From: a virus
Taxonomy: Duplodnaviria > Caudoviricetes
Virus record (IMG/VR): IMGVR_UViG_3300034053_000018
Coordinates: 1-62,801 of that record
Strand: one strand, 5' to 3'
DNA length: 62,801 nt
Numbering within the stretch: the first letter of the stretch is position 1; the number at the start of each line of letters is the position of its first letter. The position numbers and the translations under genes are program-made. Shown one piece after another: positions 7,646-16,747 of the stretch. The notes beneath the pieces were generated by a model. It ran no database searches. It was not told the origin of the DNA and saw only the letters and a list, made by a program, of their open reading frames with translations.

Positions 7646-9142
7646 ATGACCCAAAACAAATCGATCCCTGCGGCTATTGCTGCCGCCTATCCGGACCGCA
7701 CATGGTCAGCTTATCAGGCCGACATCTTCGCCGCTATCGCGGACCCTGCGAGCGGCAACAGAATCATTCGAGCCGTCGCAGGCTCTGGCAAATCCACCAC
7801 CATCGTCGCCGGACTGCTCGCCGCTCCTGCTGCAGATACGCCTGTTTTCTTGGCGTTCAATAAGAGCATAGCCGAGGAACTTAAGGCCAAAGGGGTCAAC
7901 GCTCGCACGTTTCATTCAATTTGTTATACACCGGTCACCCGTGCGTTTCAGCAACGGACAGTCGACACCAAAAAGCTGCAAACCCTACTTAAGGCACCCT
8001 CATGGCCCCAGCACGTACGAATGAATTACGGCAACGCTATCCAGCGATTGGTCGGACTGGCGCGCAATGATGGCATTGGCTGTTTGGTGCCTGATGCGGA
8101 GAGCTTCTGGTATAGCCTAGCAGAGCGGCACGATATAAGCCCTGACACCGAGTCCGGCTCTGATGCCGAGATGATCGCCTATGCTCGGCGATTACTCGCC
8201 GAGTGTAACGCCTCGCCGTTGCTTGACTTCGACGACTTACTTTATCGTGCTGTTCGCGACAATATCCCCCTGCCCCGTTTCAGCTTGGTGCTAGTCGACG
8301 AGGCTCAGGATACTAACGCGATCCAGCGCGCCATCTTGCGAAAGGTCATGACCCCGAAGGCGAGGCTGATCGCTGTTGGCGATGAGGCGCAAGCCATTTA
8401 TGGTTTCAGGGGCGCGGATAGCGACTCTATGCAGCGCATCGCCGACGAGTTCAACGCCTCACCTATGCCCCTGAGCATCACCTATCGCTGCGCCAGTGCA
8501 GTGGTCAAGTATGCTCGCCAATGGGCTGCGATTGAGGCCGCACCTGATGCTGCTGAGGGTACAGTGAACAGTCTTGGTTCAGAGTGGCGCGAGCGGGACT
8601 TTGGCGCGAATGATCTGGTCGTTTGCCGCACCAATGCCCCCTTGTTGGCGCTCGCCTATCGCCTGATTCGCTCGCGGGTGCCTTGTCATGTAATGGGCAA
8701 GGATATCGGCAAGGGTCTCACCTCGTTGATCGAGCGGCTACAAGGTAAGGGTATCGACGGGCTACTGGTCAAGCTTGGTGACTGGCAGGACCGTGAGACC
8801 GCTAAGGCTAACGCTCGCGACAACGACGCGCTGGCGGCATCAATCGCCGATAAGGCTGACTCTATCAGGGTATTGATCGAGGGGCTGACCGAGAACGAGC
8901 GCACGGTCCCCGCCCTGTGCCGCCTCATCGATGAGATGTTCAGCGGCACCGATGGGGTTCGACTGGCGAGCATACACAAGGCCAAGGGACTCGAGGCCGG
9001 TGTCGTATGGTGGCTTAACCGCGCCGCCTGCCCGAGCAAATGGGCCAAGCAGGCATGGCAGCAGCAGTCAGAGATCAATTTGTGCTACGTTGCTGCGACC
9101 CGCGCCAAGCATACCTTGAACCTGATCGAGATGGGAGACTGA
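7646..9142 (+). CDS. UvrD/Rep-family superfamily 1 helicase
   Basis: AVAGSGKSTT, LVDEAQD, VGDEAQAIYGFRGAD, SIHKAKGLEA, YVAATRAK. Confidence 0.93.
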   Translation: MTQNKSIPAAIAAAYPDRTWSAYQADIFAAIADPASGNRIIRAVAGSGKSTTIVAGLLAAPAADTPVFLAFNKSIAEELKAKGVNARTFHSICYTPVTRAFQQRTVDTKKLQTLLKAPSWPQHVRMNYGNAIQRLVGLARNDGIGCLVPDAESFWYSLAERHDISPDTESGSDAEMIAYARRLLAECNASPLLDFDDLLYRAVRDNIPLPRFSLVLVDEAQDTNAIQRAILRKVMTPKARLIAVGDEAQAIYGFRGADSDSMQRIADEFNASPMPLSITYRCASAVVKYARQWAAIEAAPDAAEGTVNSLGSEWRERDFGANDLVVCRTNAPLLALAYRLIRSRVPCHVMGKDIGKGLTSLIERLQGKGIDGLLVKLGDWQDRETAKANARDNDALAASIADKADSIRVLIEGLTENERTVPALCRLIDEMFSGTDGVRLASIHKAKGLEAGVVWWLNRAACPSKWAKQAWQQQSEINLCYVAATRAKHTLNLIEMGD

Positions 9143-9185
9143 TACAACCGAGGGGTAATCATCAGGCGATCTGATGGTTACCTGC

Positions 9186-9213
9186 TTGACATCGTCAAGC
9201 GACAGACTAGAAT
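9186..9213 (+). promoter_or_regulatory. Sigma70-type promoter with a palindrome over the -35 box
   Basis: TTGACA-16 bp-TAGAAT; GCTTGAC-ATC-GTCAAGC at 9184-9200. Confidence 0.7.
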
Positions 9214-9264
9214 AGTACTTGTAGCACCTGACTGACCGACTGATAACCTGAAAGGAACACTGCC

Positions 9265-9576
9265 ATGCTGAACACTAACACCCTGCCTGCCCTTGTCGAC
9301 GAGTTGACTGACCTGAGCACCCAGATCGCTGCCCTCACTGCCCGTGCTGACGAGATCAAGGCGACACTGGTCAAGACTGGCCTTAACGAGGTCTGCGGCC
9401 TCAATACCCGCGCCGTTATCAGCACCGTCGCCGATGGTGTCACGACCGACTACAAGGCCGCGATCACCGCCCTGCTGCCCAACGCCGACCTGACCGCGTT
9501 CGCCAAGAAGCGCTCGGGCTACACCAAGGTCGAGATCAAGGGCTACAACGCTCGCAACCTTCGCAAGGTGGCCTGA
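9265..9576 (+). CDS. Hypothetical protein
   Basis: 103-aa ORF with AAGGA RBS. Confidence 0.75.
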   Translation: MLNTNTLPALVDELTDLSTQIAALTARADEIKATLVKTGLNEVCGLNTRAVISTVADGVTTDYKAAITALLPNADLTAFAKKRSGYTKVEIKGYNARNLRKVA

Positions 9577-9578
9577 TC

Positions 9579-9854
9579 ATGACCACCAAGACAACCCCGA
9601 AGGGTTTCCCCACTACCAAGGGCGCGCTTAACCGTGCGCTCCGCAAGGACATCTTCGAGTCAATGAAGCGATTGGGGAATTGCGAGAAGCATGACCGGTA
9701 TTTCCCCAATGTCCTCGATGTGAAGCATCGGGTGCTGATCGAGGCGCAAGGCCCGTTGCTCACCGTGAATGAGGACGGTGAGGTGAGCAGTCGCGACCTT
9801 ACCGACTGGTACGTCGACAAGTTCTGCCGTCTTAACCATCTGAAGGGAGCATGA
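9579..9854 (+). CDS. Hypothetical protein
   Basis: 91-aa ORF in a tight operon. Confidence 0.7.
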   Translation: MTTKTTPKGFPTTKGALNRALRKDIFESMKRLGNCEKHDRYFPNVLDVKHRVLIEAQGPLLTVNEDGEVSSRDLTDWYVDKFCRLNHLKGA

Positions 9855-10138
9855 CCATGACCTACACTGATTCCGACCGTTTAGCTTGGATTCTCGCCAA
9901 GGTCGACTACCTTGAGCATGAGCAGAAAATCTACCGTCTCAATGCCGGTGGTTACTGGCCCCAGAAGGAGGATGATACGGCGCACATCGACGACCTCGTC
10001 GGCCTCTCACTGGTCGAGTACATCGACGCCATGATCGAGGCATCCTGCCCCCGCTGCAAGGGTACGGGCGACACTGGCTCGGGCTACCTCGACTGCCCTG
10101 ACTGCGACGCTGCCGAGCGTAAGGCAGGTGTAGCATGA
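9851..10138 (+). CDS. Hypothetical protein with a CxxCxGxG zinc finger
   Basis: CPRCKGTG..CPDC; ATGA overlap with the upstream gene. Confidence 0.7.
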   Translation: MTMTYTDSDRLAWILAKVDYLEHEQKIYRLNAGGYWPQKEDDTAHIDDLVGLSLVEYIDAMIEASCPRCKGTGDTGSGYLDCPDCDAAERKAGVA

Positions 10139-10455
10139 AGACGATCCTGATCCTGCGCGACGGTGTCAAGCTCGCCGAACACCACCTTGAGCGACTGCCT
10201 GATCTGTGCCTGACCCTTGCCGGTGGTGGCTACACTGATGCACAGACCATCAAGGCAATGACCCTCATGGCACAGATCGACCGCACCGGCAGTGCCTCGG
10301 TGCGTCGCGAGGGCAAGAAGTACACACTGGTGGTCGTCGACCCCGAGGAGATCGTCGCCGAGGCGCAGGCAGCAGCACTGGCTGAGATGACTATCCACAA
10401 GGCCAAGCACGGTCACCCGATGATCAAGTCAATCAAATGGGAACAAGACAAATGA
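10135..10455 (+). CDS. Hypothetical protein
   Basis: 106-aa ORF with ATGA overlap. Confidence 0.7.
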   Translation: MKTILILRDGVKLAEHHLERLPDLCLTLAGGGYTDAQTIKAMTLMAQIDRTGSASVRREGKKYTLVVVDPEEIVAEAQAAALAEMTIHKAKHGHPMIKSIKWEQDK

Positions 10456-10817
10456 AAATCACAATTGAAAAGCGTATTGAGATGGAGCGCAAGATCGTGC
10501 GTCACCTGATCCGCGAGGCCAAGCAGGCCGGATGGATAGTGATGGCGGTCGACGATGGTGGCGATGAGCCGGAGAAGGTTTTCAACGAGACTGAGACAAT
10601 GGATGCTGTTTTCGCGGTCGATGAGGCGCAGGTTTACTTTCAGAAGACCCCGAAGGACGGCAAGCGCCGCACCCGCTCGGCACTGATTGTCCTTGGCAAC
10701 TATGGTTGGGACTGCATCGCAGACCACTCAGCCCCCGATAATGAGGTCAGCTTCGGGTGGAATGAGATGATGGATCGCGTCTCCGAGTACGCTGACAAGT
10801 TGGGAGAATCGCTATGA
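10452..10817 (+). CDS. Hypothetical protein
   Basis: ORF starting MKITIEKR with ATGA overlap. Confidence 0.7.
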   Translation: MKITIEKRIEMERKIVRHLIREAKQAGWIVMAVDDGGDEPEKVFNETETMDAVFAVDEAQVYFQKTPKDGKRRTRSALIVLGNYGWDCIADHSAPDNEVSFGWNEMMDRVSEYADKLGESL

Positions 10818-10873
10818 TCTCCTTCTTCATCGGACTGGCTATCGTGTTCCTGCTGATGATCTTTTTCGAGTAG
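10814..10873 (+). CDS. Putative 19-aa membrane peptide
   Basis: MISFFIGLAIVFLLMIFFE; ATGA overlap and GGAG RBS. Confidence 0.45.
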   Translation: MISFFIGLAIVFLLMIFFE

Positions 10874-10910
10874 AATTAAATCCTCCTCTCCTGCTCTCCC
10901 CGAGCAGTTA

Positions 10911-10989
10911 GCCCCGGATCGTAGCGTTCGCGCTCTCCGGGGCATCTTTTTGTCTGCTTGAAACCCGATATCGGAATTCCGGTATCGGG
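10911..10989. terminator. Hairpins between convergent genes (probable terminator)
   Basis: GCCCCGGA..TCCGGGGC followed by a T-run; near-palindrome CCCGATATCGGAATTCCGGTATCGGG at 10964-10989. Confidence 0.6.
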
Positions 10990-11008
10990 GGAATATCAAG
11001 CACTTACG

Positions 11009-13588
11009 TCACTCGTCGTCGTTCTCCCCCTCGACAAACCCCTTGACGATGTAGCGCGGCGCTCGCCCTTCACTCTTGGCATGGATCAGGTCATAGCGCA
11101 GTTGCTTGGCGGCAATGACTGCCTGTCGATGTTCCTTGTAGTGGTCTGCCAATCGAGGGTCGATGAACCATTGGGTGCTCTTGTTATCCTGTCGAGCGAT
11201 CTTGACCCAGCCAGCCTTCTCCAGCACATCCATCGCATCCTTGACCGCATACTCCTGAGCGGACGTCGTCATGCCCTCAAGGCGTCGCCTCATGCTGCGC
11301 CGCAGATCCGATAGGCTGACCATTTCAGTCTCACCGGAGTGCTGTAGGACGTACTCGGTGACATAGTGGTCGATGCTGTCAGTATGCACACCACCGACTT
11401 CACCGAAGGCATAGCGCAGGGCATTGACGAGGTAGGTCTTGACGAACTCGATGGCGCGCTCGGCAGTGTCCAGACTGACATGGGTGCTGTTGGGGTCGTC
11501 GAACAGGTGCCAGAACAGGATGATGCGTCCGCAGGTGCCTTCGATCTTACCGAGTGCTGTCATGTACGCATGGTCAGCATTCAGAAGCTTCTCGCTCGAC
11601 TTCAGTTCATGATACCAATCTTGGAAATTCCGAAACGCCTGATGCGCCTCTGGACTCATCTTGTATCGGGTCTCACCTTGAGCATGAATGCGCCGGATAG
11701 CCTGCTCATACAACGAGTGACTGGTCAGTTCCTTGGGGATCGGGTTACCCTTCTTGGTGCTGTACCTGTCGCGCAGGATGGCAGGCAGGAACCGCTGGAT
11801 CAACCCGTCTTCTGCCATCAGCTTCCAATTGGCCTTGAGGACTGCCGGTTGCATATTGCCGTAGATTGACACGGCAAAGTTGTCAGCGAGGACGTTGTTC
11901 TCCGACGCATTGTTACCCGTGCCAACCCGATCCAGAGTTGCTGGGTCACACTCATAGGACTGCACCCAGTGAGAACGACTCTCTTGTGAGGATGACTGGT
12001 TGCAGAGTTTCTTGATCCACGAGTTCATCTCGTCGAGGTGGCAGAGCAGACCTTGGGGACGCTCGGCGCACATACGGACAAGCTTCTGACTGGTGATGTC
12101 CGACACAACGATCCGCAAGGGATGGGGAACGATTGGTTCCGAGGGCATGATCGACAGGTCGATGTCGCCCTGTTGAGACAACCCACTATGACCCTGCTCC
12201 AGTTGAGCATGGGTGTCGAGCGCCGATGTCATCAGTTCCTTCTTGGCCTTCTCGTATTGTGCTGCTTGGATCTCGTAGAGTAGTTTGCGTGTTTTGTAGT
12301 GTGGGGCATCCTCTTTCTCCAGTGACTTGAGCACCCCGAGCATCGGTCTGGCAGCAGGGGTTTTCTTGTCGGCAGGGTGTCCGATGGTACAGAGCCACAA
12401 GATCGGCGGCACCGAGAATTCATGCATCAGTTCAAGACGGGTACGGGCATCGACGACACCAGCAGCAGCACCGAGGCCAGCCCATGCCGCCACCAGAGGG
12501 TCACATCCGATTGACTGCCCGACTTCAATGGCTCGGGCAGCAAGCACCTTGGGGAGCAGGTCGAGATTCAACTCAGGTGGTGGTACGTGCAGTGCGTCGA
12601 TTAACGACTTTGGGGAGACTGTTTCCTCCACGGGTATAGCGCCGAAGAGGGAGGTGATATCGGGCAGGGGACGCACCCAGCCACCATCATGGGCGAACTT
12701 GAACAGGGAGCCAAGGGTGACACCGCCGTCGGGCTTGAACCCTCGCCATGAGTTCAGGATGTCCTTCTGTCCCTTGTACTTGGTCGCCGACTGGCTTGAC
12801 CACTCATCTGCCAGTGCCAACGCCTCGTCGAGTTTATTGGTGACCGTGCCTGCGTGGTGCAGGGCCATCAGTGTCGTTATCCAGTGGTCGCGGTCACAGT
12901 CTGGCGAGATGAAGCACAGCGCCTGTTTGATCTCGTCCCATGATGCACTGACTGATGACCCTTGGACATTAATGGTGCGCTTGGTCTCGGCGTCGATGAT
13001 CGCTCGCCAGTAGGCCATCAGTTCCGGTGGCAGCAGTGGCAGGTTGGTGTAATGGCCGTTGCCTGACCATTGGTAAGGTCGACCGGTAGTAGGATGGATC
13101 AGGGCCGATGGCAACACATCTTGGACTGTCAGACCATCGGCTGTCGCACATCTAAAATCAATCCAATTGCGTTTGATACCCTGCTGATCGGTATGGATAC
13201 ACTTCTTTGATGGGAGCACCAGACCGAACGGCATCCGGTAGAGTAGCTTGGCATGACCGGGGTTTCCTGAGTTGATCGAGACACTGTCAGGTGCGTCGAA
13301 CAGTCCCTGCAGGTTGATGCCGACGAACCCCAAGGTTGTTGAGGCCATCGACCAGTCGTCGATGTCAATGGCGCAGGTGCCACTGTAGGCATGGGCGATA
13401 CCGACCCCGACGTTCTCAGGTATCTGCGACGAGTCGCGAATGCAGTTTTCTTCTCTGTTCCAGTTGCTGTGTTTCGGACCTTTACTTCCCTGCACTATGG
13501 GAACCAAGGCAAAGCCTGTGTCGATGTAGCTTTTGTATGCAGTGTGCATAAGCGAAATTGGTTGTTGTAGTTGTGGAACAGCACTCAT
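11009..13588 (-). CDS. Bifunctional primase-polymerase / PriCT-2 / DUF3987 helicase fusion
   Basis: N-terminal LVPI..SKGP..AIDID..VLPS..HP..G.PYQW; WDEIKQAL..WS..KY..W.GF..VTLGSLF; GHPADKKTPA, HLDEM, GLIQRFL. Confidence 0.85.
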   Translation of the reverse strand: MSAVPQLQQPISLMHTAYKSYIDTGFALVPIVQGSKGPKHSNWNREENCIRDSSQIPENVGVGIAHAYSGTCAIDIDDWSMASTTLGFVGINLQGLFDAPDSVSINSGNPGHAKLLYRMPFGLVLPSKKCIHTDQQGIKRNWIDFRCATADGLTVQDVLPSALIHPTTGRPYQWSGNGHYTNLPLLPPELMAYWRAIIDAETKRTINVQGSSVSASWDEIKQALCFISPDCDRDHWITTLMALHHAGTVTNKLDEALALADEWSSQSATKYKGQKDILNSWRGFKPDGGVTLGSLFKFAHDGGWVRPLPDITSLFGAIPVEETVSPKSLIDALHVPPPELNLDLLPKVLAARAIEVGQSIGCDPLVAAWAGLGAAAGVVDARTRLELMHEFSVPPILWLCTIGHPADKKTPAARPMLGVLKSLEKEDAPHYKTRKLLYEIQAAQYEKAKKELMTSALDTHAQLEQGHSGLSQQGDIDLSIMPSEPIVPHPLRIVVSDITSQKLVRMCAERPQGLLCHLDEMNSWIKKLCNQSSSQESRSHWVQSYECDPATLDRVGTGNNASENNVLADNFAVSIYGNMQPAVLKANWKLMAEDGLIQRFLPAILRDRYSTKKGNPIPKELTSHSLYEQAIRRIHAQGETRYKMSPEAHQAFRNFQDWYHELKSSEKLLNADHAYMTALGKIEGTCGRIILFWHLFDDPNSTHVSLDTAERAIEFVKTYLVNALRYAFGEVGGVHTDSIDHYVTEYVLQHSGETEMVSLSDLRRSMRRRLEGMTTSAQEYAVKDAMDVLEKAGWVKIARQDNKSTQWFIDPRLADHYKEHRQAVIAAKQLRYDLIHAKSEGRAPRYIVKGFVEGENDDE

Positions 13589-13624
13589 AAGGTAACCCCT
13601 CAAAAATTATTTTTCACAAACCGC

Positions 13625-13654
13625 TTGACACATTCTACACAACGCGCCCATAAT
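13625..13654 (+). promoter_or_regulatory. Sigma70-type promoter, divergent from the primase gene
   Basis: TTGACA-18 bp-CATAAT. Confidence 0.65.
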
Positions 13655-13684
13655 GTAAAGCATATTTCAACCAAGGAGAAAAAA

Positions 13685-13867
13685 GTGGCGCAACGACTAG
13701 ATGCACAGCTTGCACTACGGCTGGCCCCCGATGTTCGCAAAGCATTCATCAACAAGGCCGCGCCGTTCGGCGGGTACTCGAAAGTTCTGCGGGAACTCGC
13801 TACAGCATGGATCGAAGACCGTCTCACTATCACCCCACCTGCCCACATCAAGGAGCTATACAAATGA
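13685..13867 (+). CDS. Small ribbon-helix-helix-like DNA-binding protein
   Basis: AAGGAG RBS and GTG start; QLALRLAPDVRKAF...YSKVLRELATAWI. Confidence 0.6.
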   Translation: MAQRLDAQLALRLAPDVRKAFINKAAPFGGYSKVLRELATAWIEDRLTITPPAHIKELYK

Positions 13868-14385
13868 ATGACCAACTTGTCCTGACTATTGCTGAAACCA
13901 TCCTCGCGAATACCAAACTGCTGCAATCTCTGGTTGATACCCTGCCCAAAGCGACTGTCGCCAAGATCACCGAGAAAGTCGAAAAGGTCACCAAGGCTAC
14001 GCCTGTTGCCGCACCGGTTCAAGTCACTGAAACTGCTACCCCTGCTGTAGTAGAAACTGCTGCTGCGCCTGTAGTAGAAACTATTACACCGCCTGTAGTG
14101 GGAAACGCTACACCTCCGGTCGCAGTCGTTACCCCTATTGCTCCTGCTCCTGCACCTGCTCCGGTGTTTGTTGCCGTTGCTGCTACTCCTGCCGCTGCTC
14201 CTACGGTGCCGTTCACCGACCATCCGGGGTTGCTCAAGTGGATCATGGACAGCTATCAGAAACTCGGTGCTGAGAAGGGCGCGCAGATCCAGACGGTACT
14301 CGGCAGCATCGGTGTCCGTAACATCAACGATGTGAAGCCTGATCAGTGGGCTGCACTGGTCGCTGGCGTGAGTGCGTTGGGTTGA
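13864..14385 (+). CDS. Ala/Pro-rich hypothetical protein of the replication module
   Basis: AAGGAG RBS; position upstream of DUF2800 is typical. Confidence 0.75.
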   Translation: MNDQLVLTIAETILANTKLLQSLVDTLPKATVAKITEKVEKVTKATPVAAPVQVTETATPAVVETAAAPVVETITPPVVGNATPPVAVVTPIAPAPAPAPVFVAVAATPAAAPTVPFTDHPGLLKWIMDSYQKLGAEKGAQIQTVLGSIGVRNINDVKPDQWAALVAGVSALG

Positions 14386-14387
14386 TC

Positions 14388-15701
14388 ATGAGTACCCATG
14401 CCAAACTAAGCCCGTCGAAGCGAGACCGCTGGAGCCGATGCCCCGGCAGTCTGCGTGAAGAGAGTCGTTACCCCGAGGAAGACCGAGCAGCGAATCAAGC
14501 CGCCATACAGGGAACCCACACTCACACCCTACTCGCTCACTGCATCAACAACAACGTCGATGCGTTGGAGATGATCGGCATCAAGTTGTCCGATGAGGAT
14601 GGCGAGTTTGTCGTCGACTCTGAACGTGCTGAACGTGTCGAGGTGGCGCTGAAGTACATCGACCTGCGGATGCGGTCACTCAAGAACCCGAAGCTGTACT
14701 CCGAGGTCAAGCTGGATCTGTCTCCGGTGTTCGGGCGCAAGGATATGAACGGCACCAGTGACGTCGTGATTGTCTCGGACGAGGTGCTTGAGATTGCCGA
14801 CTACAAGGACGGGCGCGGATCGGTGGATGTGATCGACAACCTCCAGCTTGAGCAGTACGCTTGGGGTGTTCTCGCTCAGATGGGTGTCGACACTATCAAG
14901 CAGCATGAACTGCGGATGACCATCATTCAACCGAAGATGCGTAGCGCGAACACTGGCAACGACGGTGTCACCTACATCAGCACCACGATTGAGGAGTTCC
15001 TGAAGGGTAAGGATCGCCTCGCTGCTCAAGCTGCTGCCACCGACGCACCTGATGCACCGCTGATCCCCGGCGAGAAGCAGTGCCAGTGGTGTCGGCACAA
15101 GGGTGCCTGTGTTGCGCTGAATCAGCAGAACATGGCGACGCTTGGCATCGACTTGTCAATGATGAACGTGGCTCAGGATGCGGCTGACAAGGATCCGACG
15201 AGCATGACGGATCAGCAGTTGCGGGAGATGATCGAAGCGGCACCGCTGATTCGCAAGATGCTTGAAGCTGCCGAGGAAGAGGCGCTGGCTCGACTGAAAG
15301 CCGGACGAGATGTTGAAGGTCTCAAGTTGGTCTATGGCAACGGCAGGCGCGGATGGGCTTATCCCGATGAAGAGATGGATGCGAAGCTGACCAAGCTGGG
15401 TATCCCCAAGGATGTTCGTTGGGAAACCAAGCTGATTTCTCCGGCGAAAGCTGAGAAAGTTGTCTGGAAAAAGCGGGACGGCACACTCAAGCAACTGACC
15501 GATAAGCAACTCAAAGTTCTTCACGAGGAATACATAACGAAGTCTGATGGAAAACTTACCGTAGCCTCTGCCTCTGACAGTCGGCCTGCTGTATCATTGT
15601 CGATAGCAGGAATGTTTTCTCCTGTGACATCTGACAAACCTGCTGCACCTGCATTACCTGATTTTCTCTTACCACTACCTGACTTCCTGAAAGGAAATTG
15701 A
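14388..15701 (+). CDS. DUF2800 family PD-(D/E)XK (Cas4-like) nuclease
   Basis: HAKLSPS..RW.RCPGS; GTHTH; GTSD..IADYKDG; QLEQYA; PGEKQCQWCRHK..C. Confidence 0.88.
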   Translation: MSTHAKLSPSKRDRWSRCPGSLREESRYPEEDRAANQAAIQGTHTHTLLAHCINNNVDALEMIGIKLSDEDGEFVVDSERAERVEVALKYIDLRMRSLKNPKLYSEVKLDLSPVFGRKDMNGTSDVVIVSDEVLEIADYKDGRGSVDVIDNLQLEQYAWGVLAQMGVDTIKQHELRMTIIQPKMRSANTGNDGVTYISTTIEEFLKGKDRLAAQAAATDAPDAPLIPGEKQCQWCRHKGACVALNQQNMATLGIDLSMMNVAQDAADKDPTSMTDQQLREMIEAAPLIRKMLEAAEEEALARLKAGRDVEGLKLVYGNGRRGWAYPDEEMDAKLTKLGIPKDVRWETKLISPAKAEKVVWKKRDGTLKQLTDKQLKVLHEEYITKSDGKLTVASASDSRPAVSLSIAGMFSPVTSDKPAAPALPDFLLPLPDFLKGN

Positions 15702-15702
15702 A

Positions 15703-16410
15703 ATGACTGCTACAAACAATGGTTTGATTTACGTTACTGCCCGTATCTCGTTCCCCAACATCGTCGACCCGCAGGTCACGACCAACGAGAAAGGTGAGAC
15801 CCGCACCAGCTACAACTGCGACCTCATCATGGCCCCCAACGACCCCGGCTTCCAGAAGTTCATGCAACTCTACCAGTCTATGGCTGTGGAGAAGTGGAAA
15901 GAGAACGCTGGTCAGGCGATGCAGATGATCCAAGCGGATCGCAAGTCGCGCTGCTACGGTGCCGGTGAGGAGAAGGTCAGCAAGAAGACCTTTGCCATCC
16001 ATCAGGGTTATGCCGGTAACGTCTTCATCACGGCTCGCTCGGAGCGTCAGCCCAAGATCGTCGACGAGAAGGGTGCCGAGATCCCCGTCGCCAACACCAT
16101 GCAGGTGCGTAACTACGCGTCGCGCATCGAGGGTGGTGTGATCGTCAATGCCGTGATCAAGCCGTGGCTCCAGCAGAACGCTCACGGTGCCGGTGTTCGT
16201 TGTGATCTGGTGGCGCTCCAGTTCGCCAAGGACGATGGCACTCGGTTCGCTGCTGCCGCTATCGACACTTCCGGTATGTTCGGTGCTGTCGAGGGTGCTG
16301 CTCCCGCCGCGCCTGCTATGCCGGGATTTGCACCCGTTGCTCCGATGCCTACGGCACCGTTCCCTGCCGCTGCTCCCATCGGCTTGCCTGCGTTCATGAC
16401 GCAAGGTTGA
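15703..16410 (+). CDS. DUF2815 family ssDNA-binding protein
   Basis: ARISFPNI..; GVRCDLVALQFAKDDG..F; synteny with DUF2800. Confidence 0.85.
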   Translation: MTATNNGLIYVTARISFPNIVDPQVTTNEKGETRTSYNCDLIMAPNDPGFQKFMQLYQSMAVEKWKENAGQAMQMIQADRKSRCYGAGEEKVSKKTFAIHQGYAGNVFITARSERQPKIVDEKGAEIPVANTMQVRNYASRIEGGVIVNAVIKPWLQQNAHGAGVRCDLVALQFAKDDGTRFAAAAIDTSGMFGAVEGAAPAAPAMPGFAPVAPMPTAPFPAAAPIGLPAFMTQG

Positions 16411-16450
16411 TCCTTGGGTTGTTGATCCTTTTACCCCTCTCACGAGGGGC

Positions 16451-16576
16451 ATTTGGTGAGGGGTAGTCAGGTGAAAACCCTGCGGCACTGTTTAAGCTTC
16501 GTGCGGTGCGTTCATGGTGCACAAGGTTCCTAGCAGTGTGCAAAATCTGGTCACGACTCCAGATCCCTCACCAAAT
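16451..16576 (+). ncRNA. Candidate structured (cloverleaf-like) ncRNA
   Basis: 12-bp closing stem ATTTGGTGAGGG/CCCTCACCAAAT; internal hairpins CAGG-TGAAAAC-CCTG and ATCTGG-TCACGACT-CCAGAT. Confidence 0.5.
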
Positions 16577-16594
16577 CAACCAAGGGACAAACAA

Positions 16595-16747
16595 ATGACT
16601 GAATCGCCATGTCAAGGGTGCAAGTACCTCCAGCGTTCATTCCGCAGGGGTAATGCTGCTGTGGTGCGCTGGATCTGCGGTAAGCCGGGGAATGGTAAGT
16701 GCCTCGCTGTTGCGAAGTGCGTCGACTATGTGGAGCGTGGTTTGTGA
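16595..16747 (+). CDS. Small Cys-rich protein
   Basis: CQGC..C..C..C; overlaps the polymerase start. Confidence 0.55.
   Translation: MTESPCQGCKYLQRSFRRGNAAVVRWICGKPGNGKCLAVAKCVDYVERGL

Noticed and set aside
14388-15701. Cas4-like protein as evidence of a CRISPR system
   Set aside because: It is the common DUF2800 replication-module nuclease; no other cas genes or arrays are present
15556-16488. Long antisense ORFs (also 30285-31478, 44410-45204, 50583-51308)
   Set aside because: Shadows of codon-biased genes on the opposite strand, with no recognisable motifs, unlike the nested HNH
16451-16576. Canonical tRNA gene
   Set aside because: Too long, with no standard D-arm, anticodon arm or TTC T-loop; kept only as a candidate ncRNA
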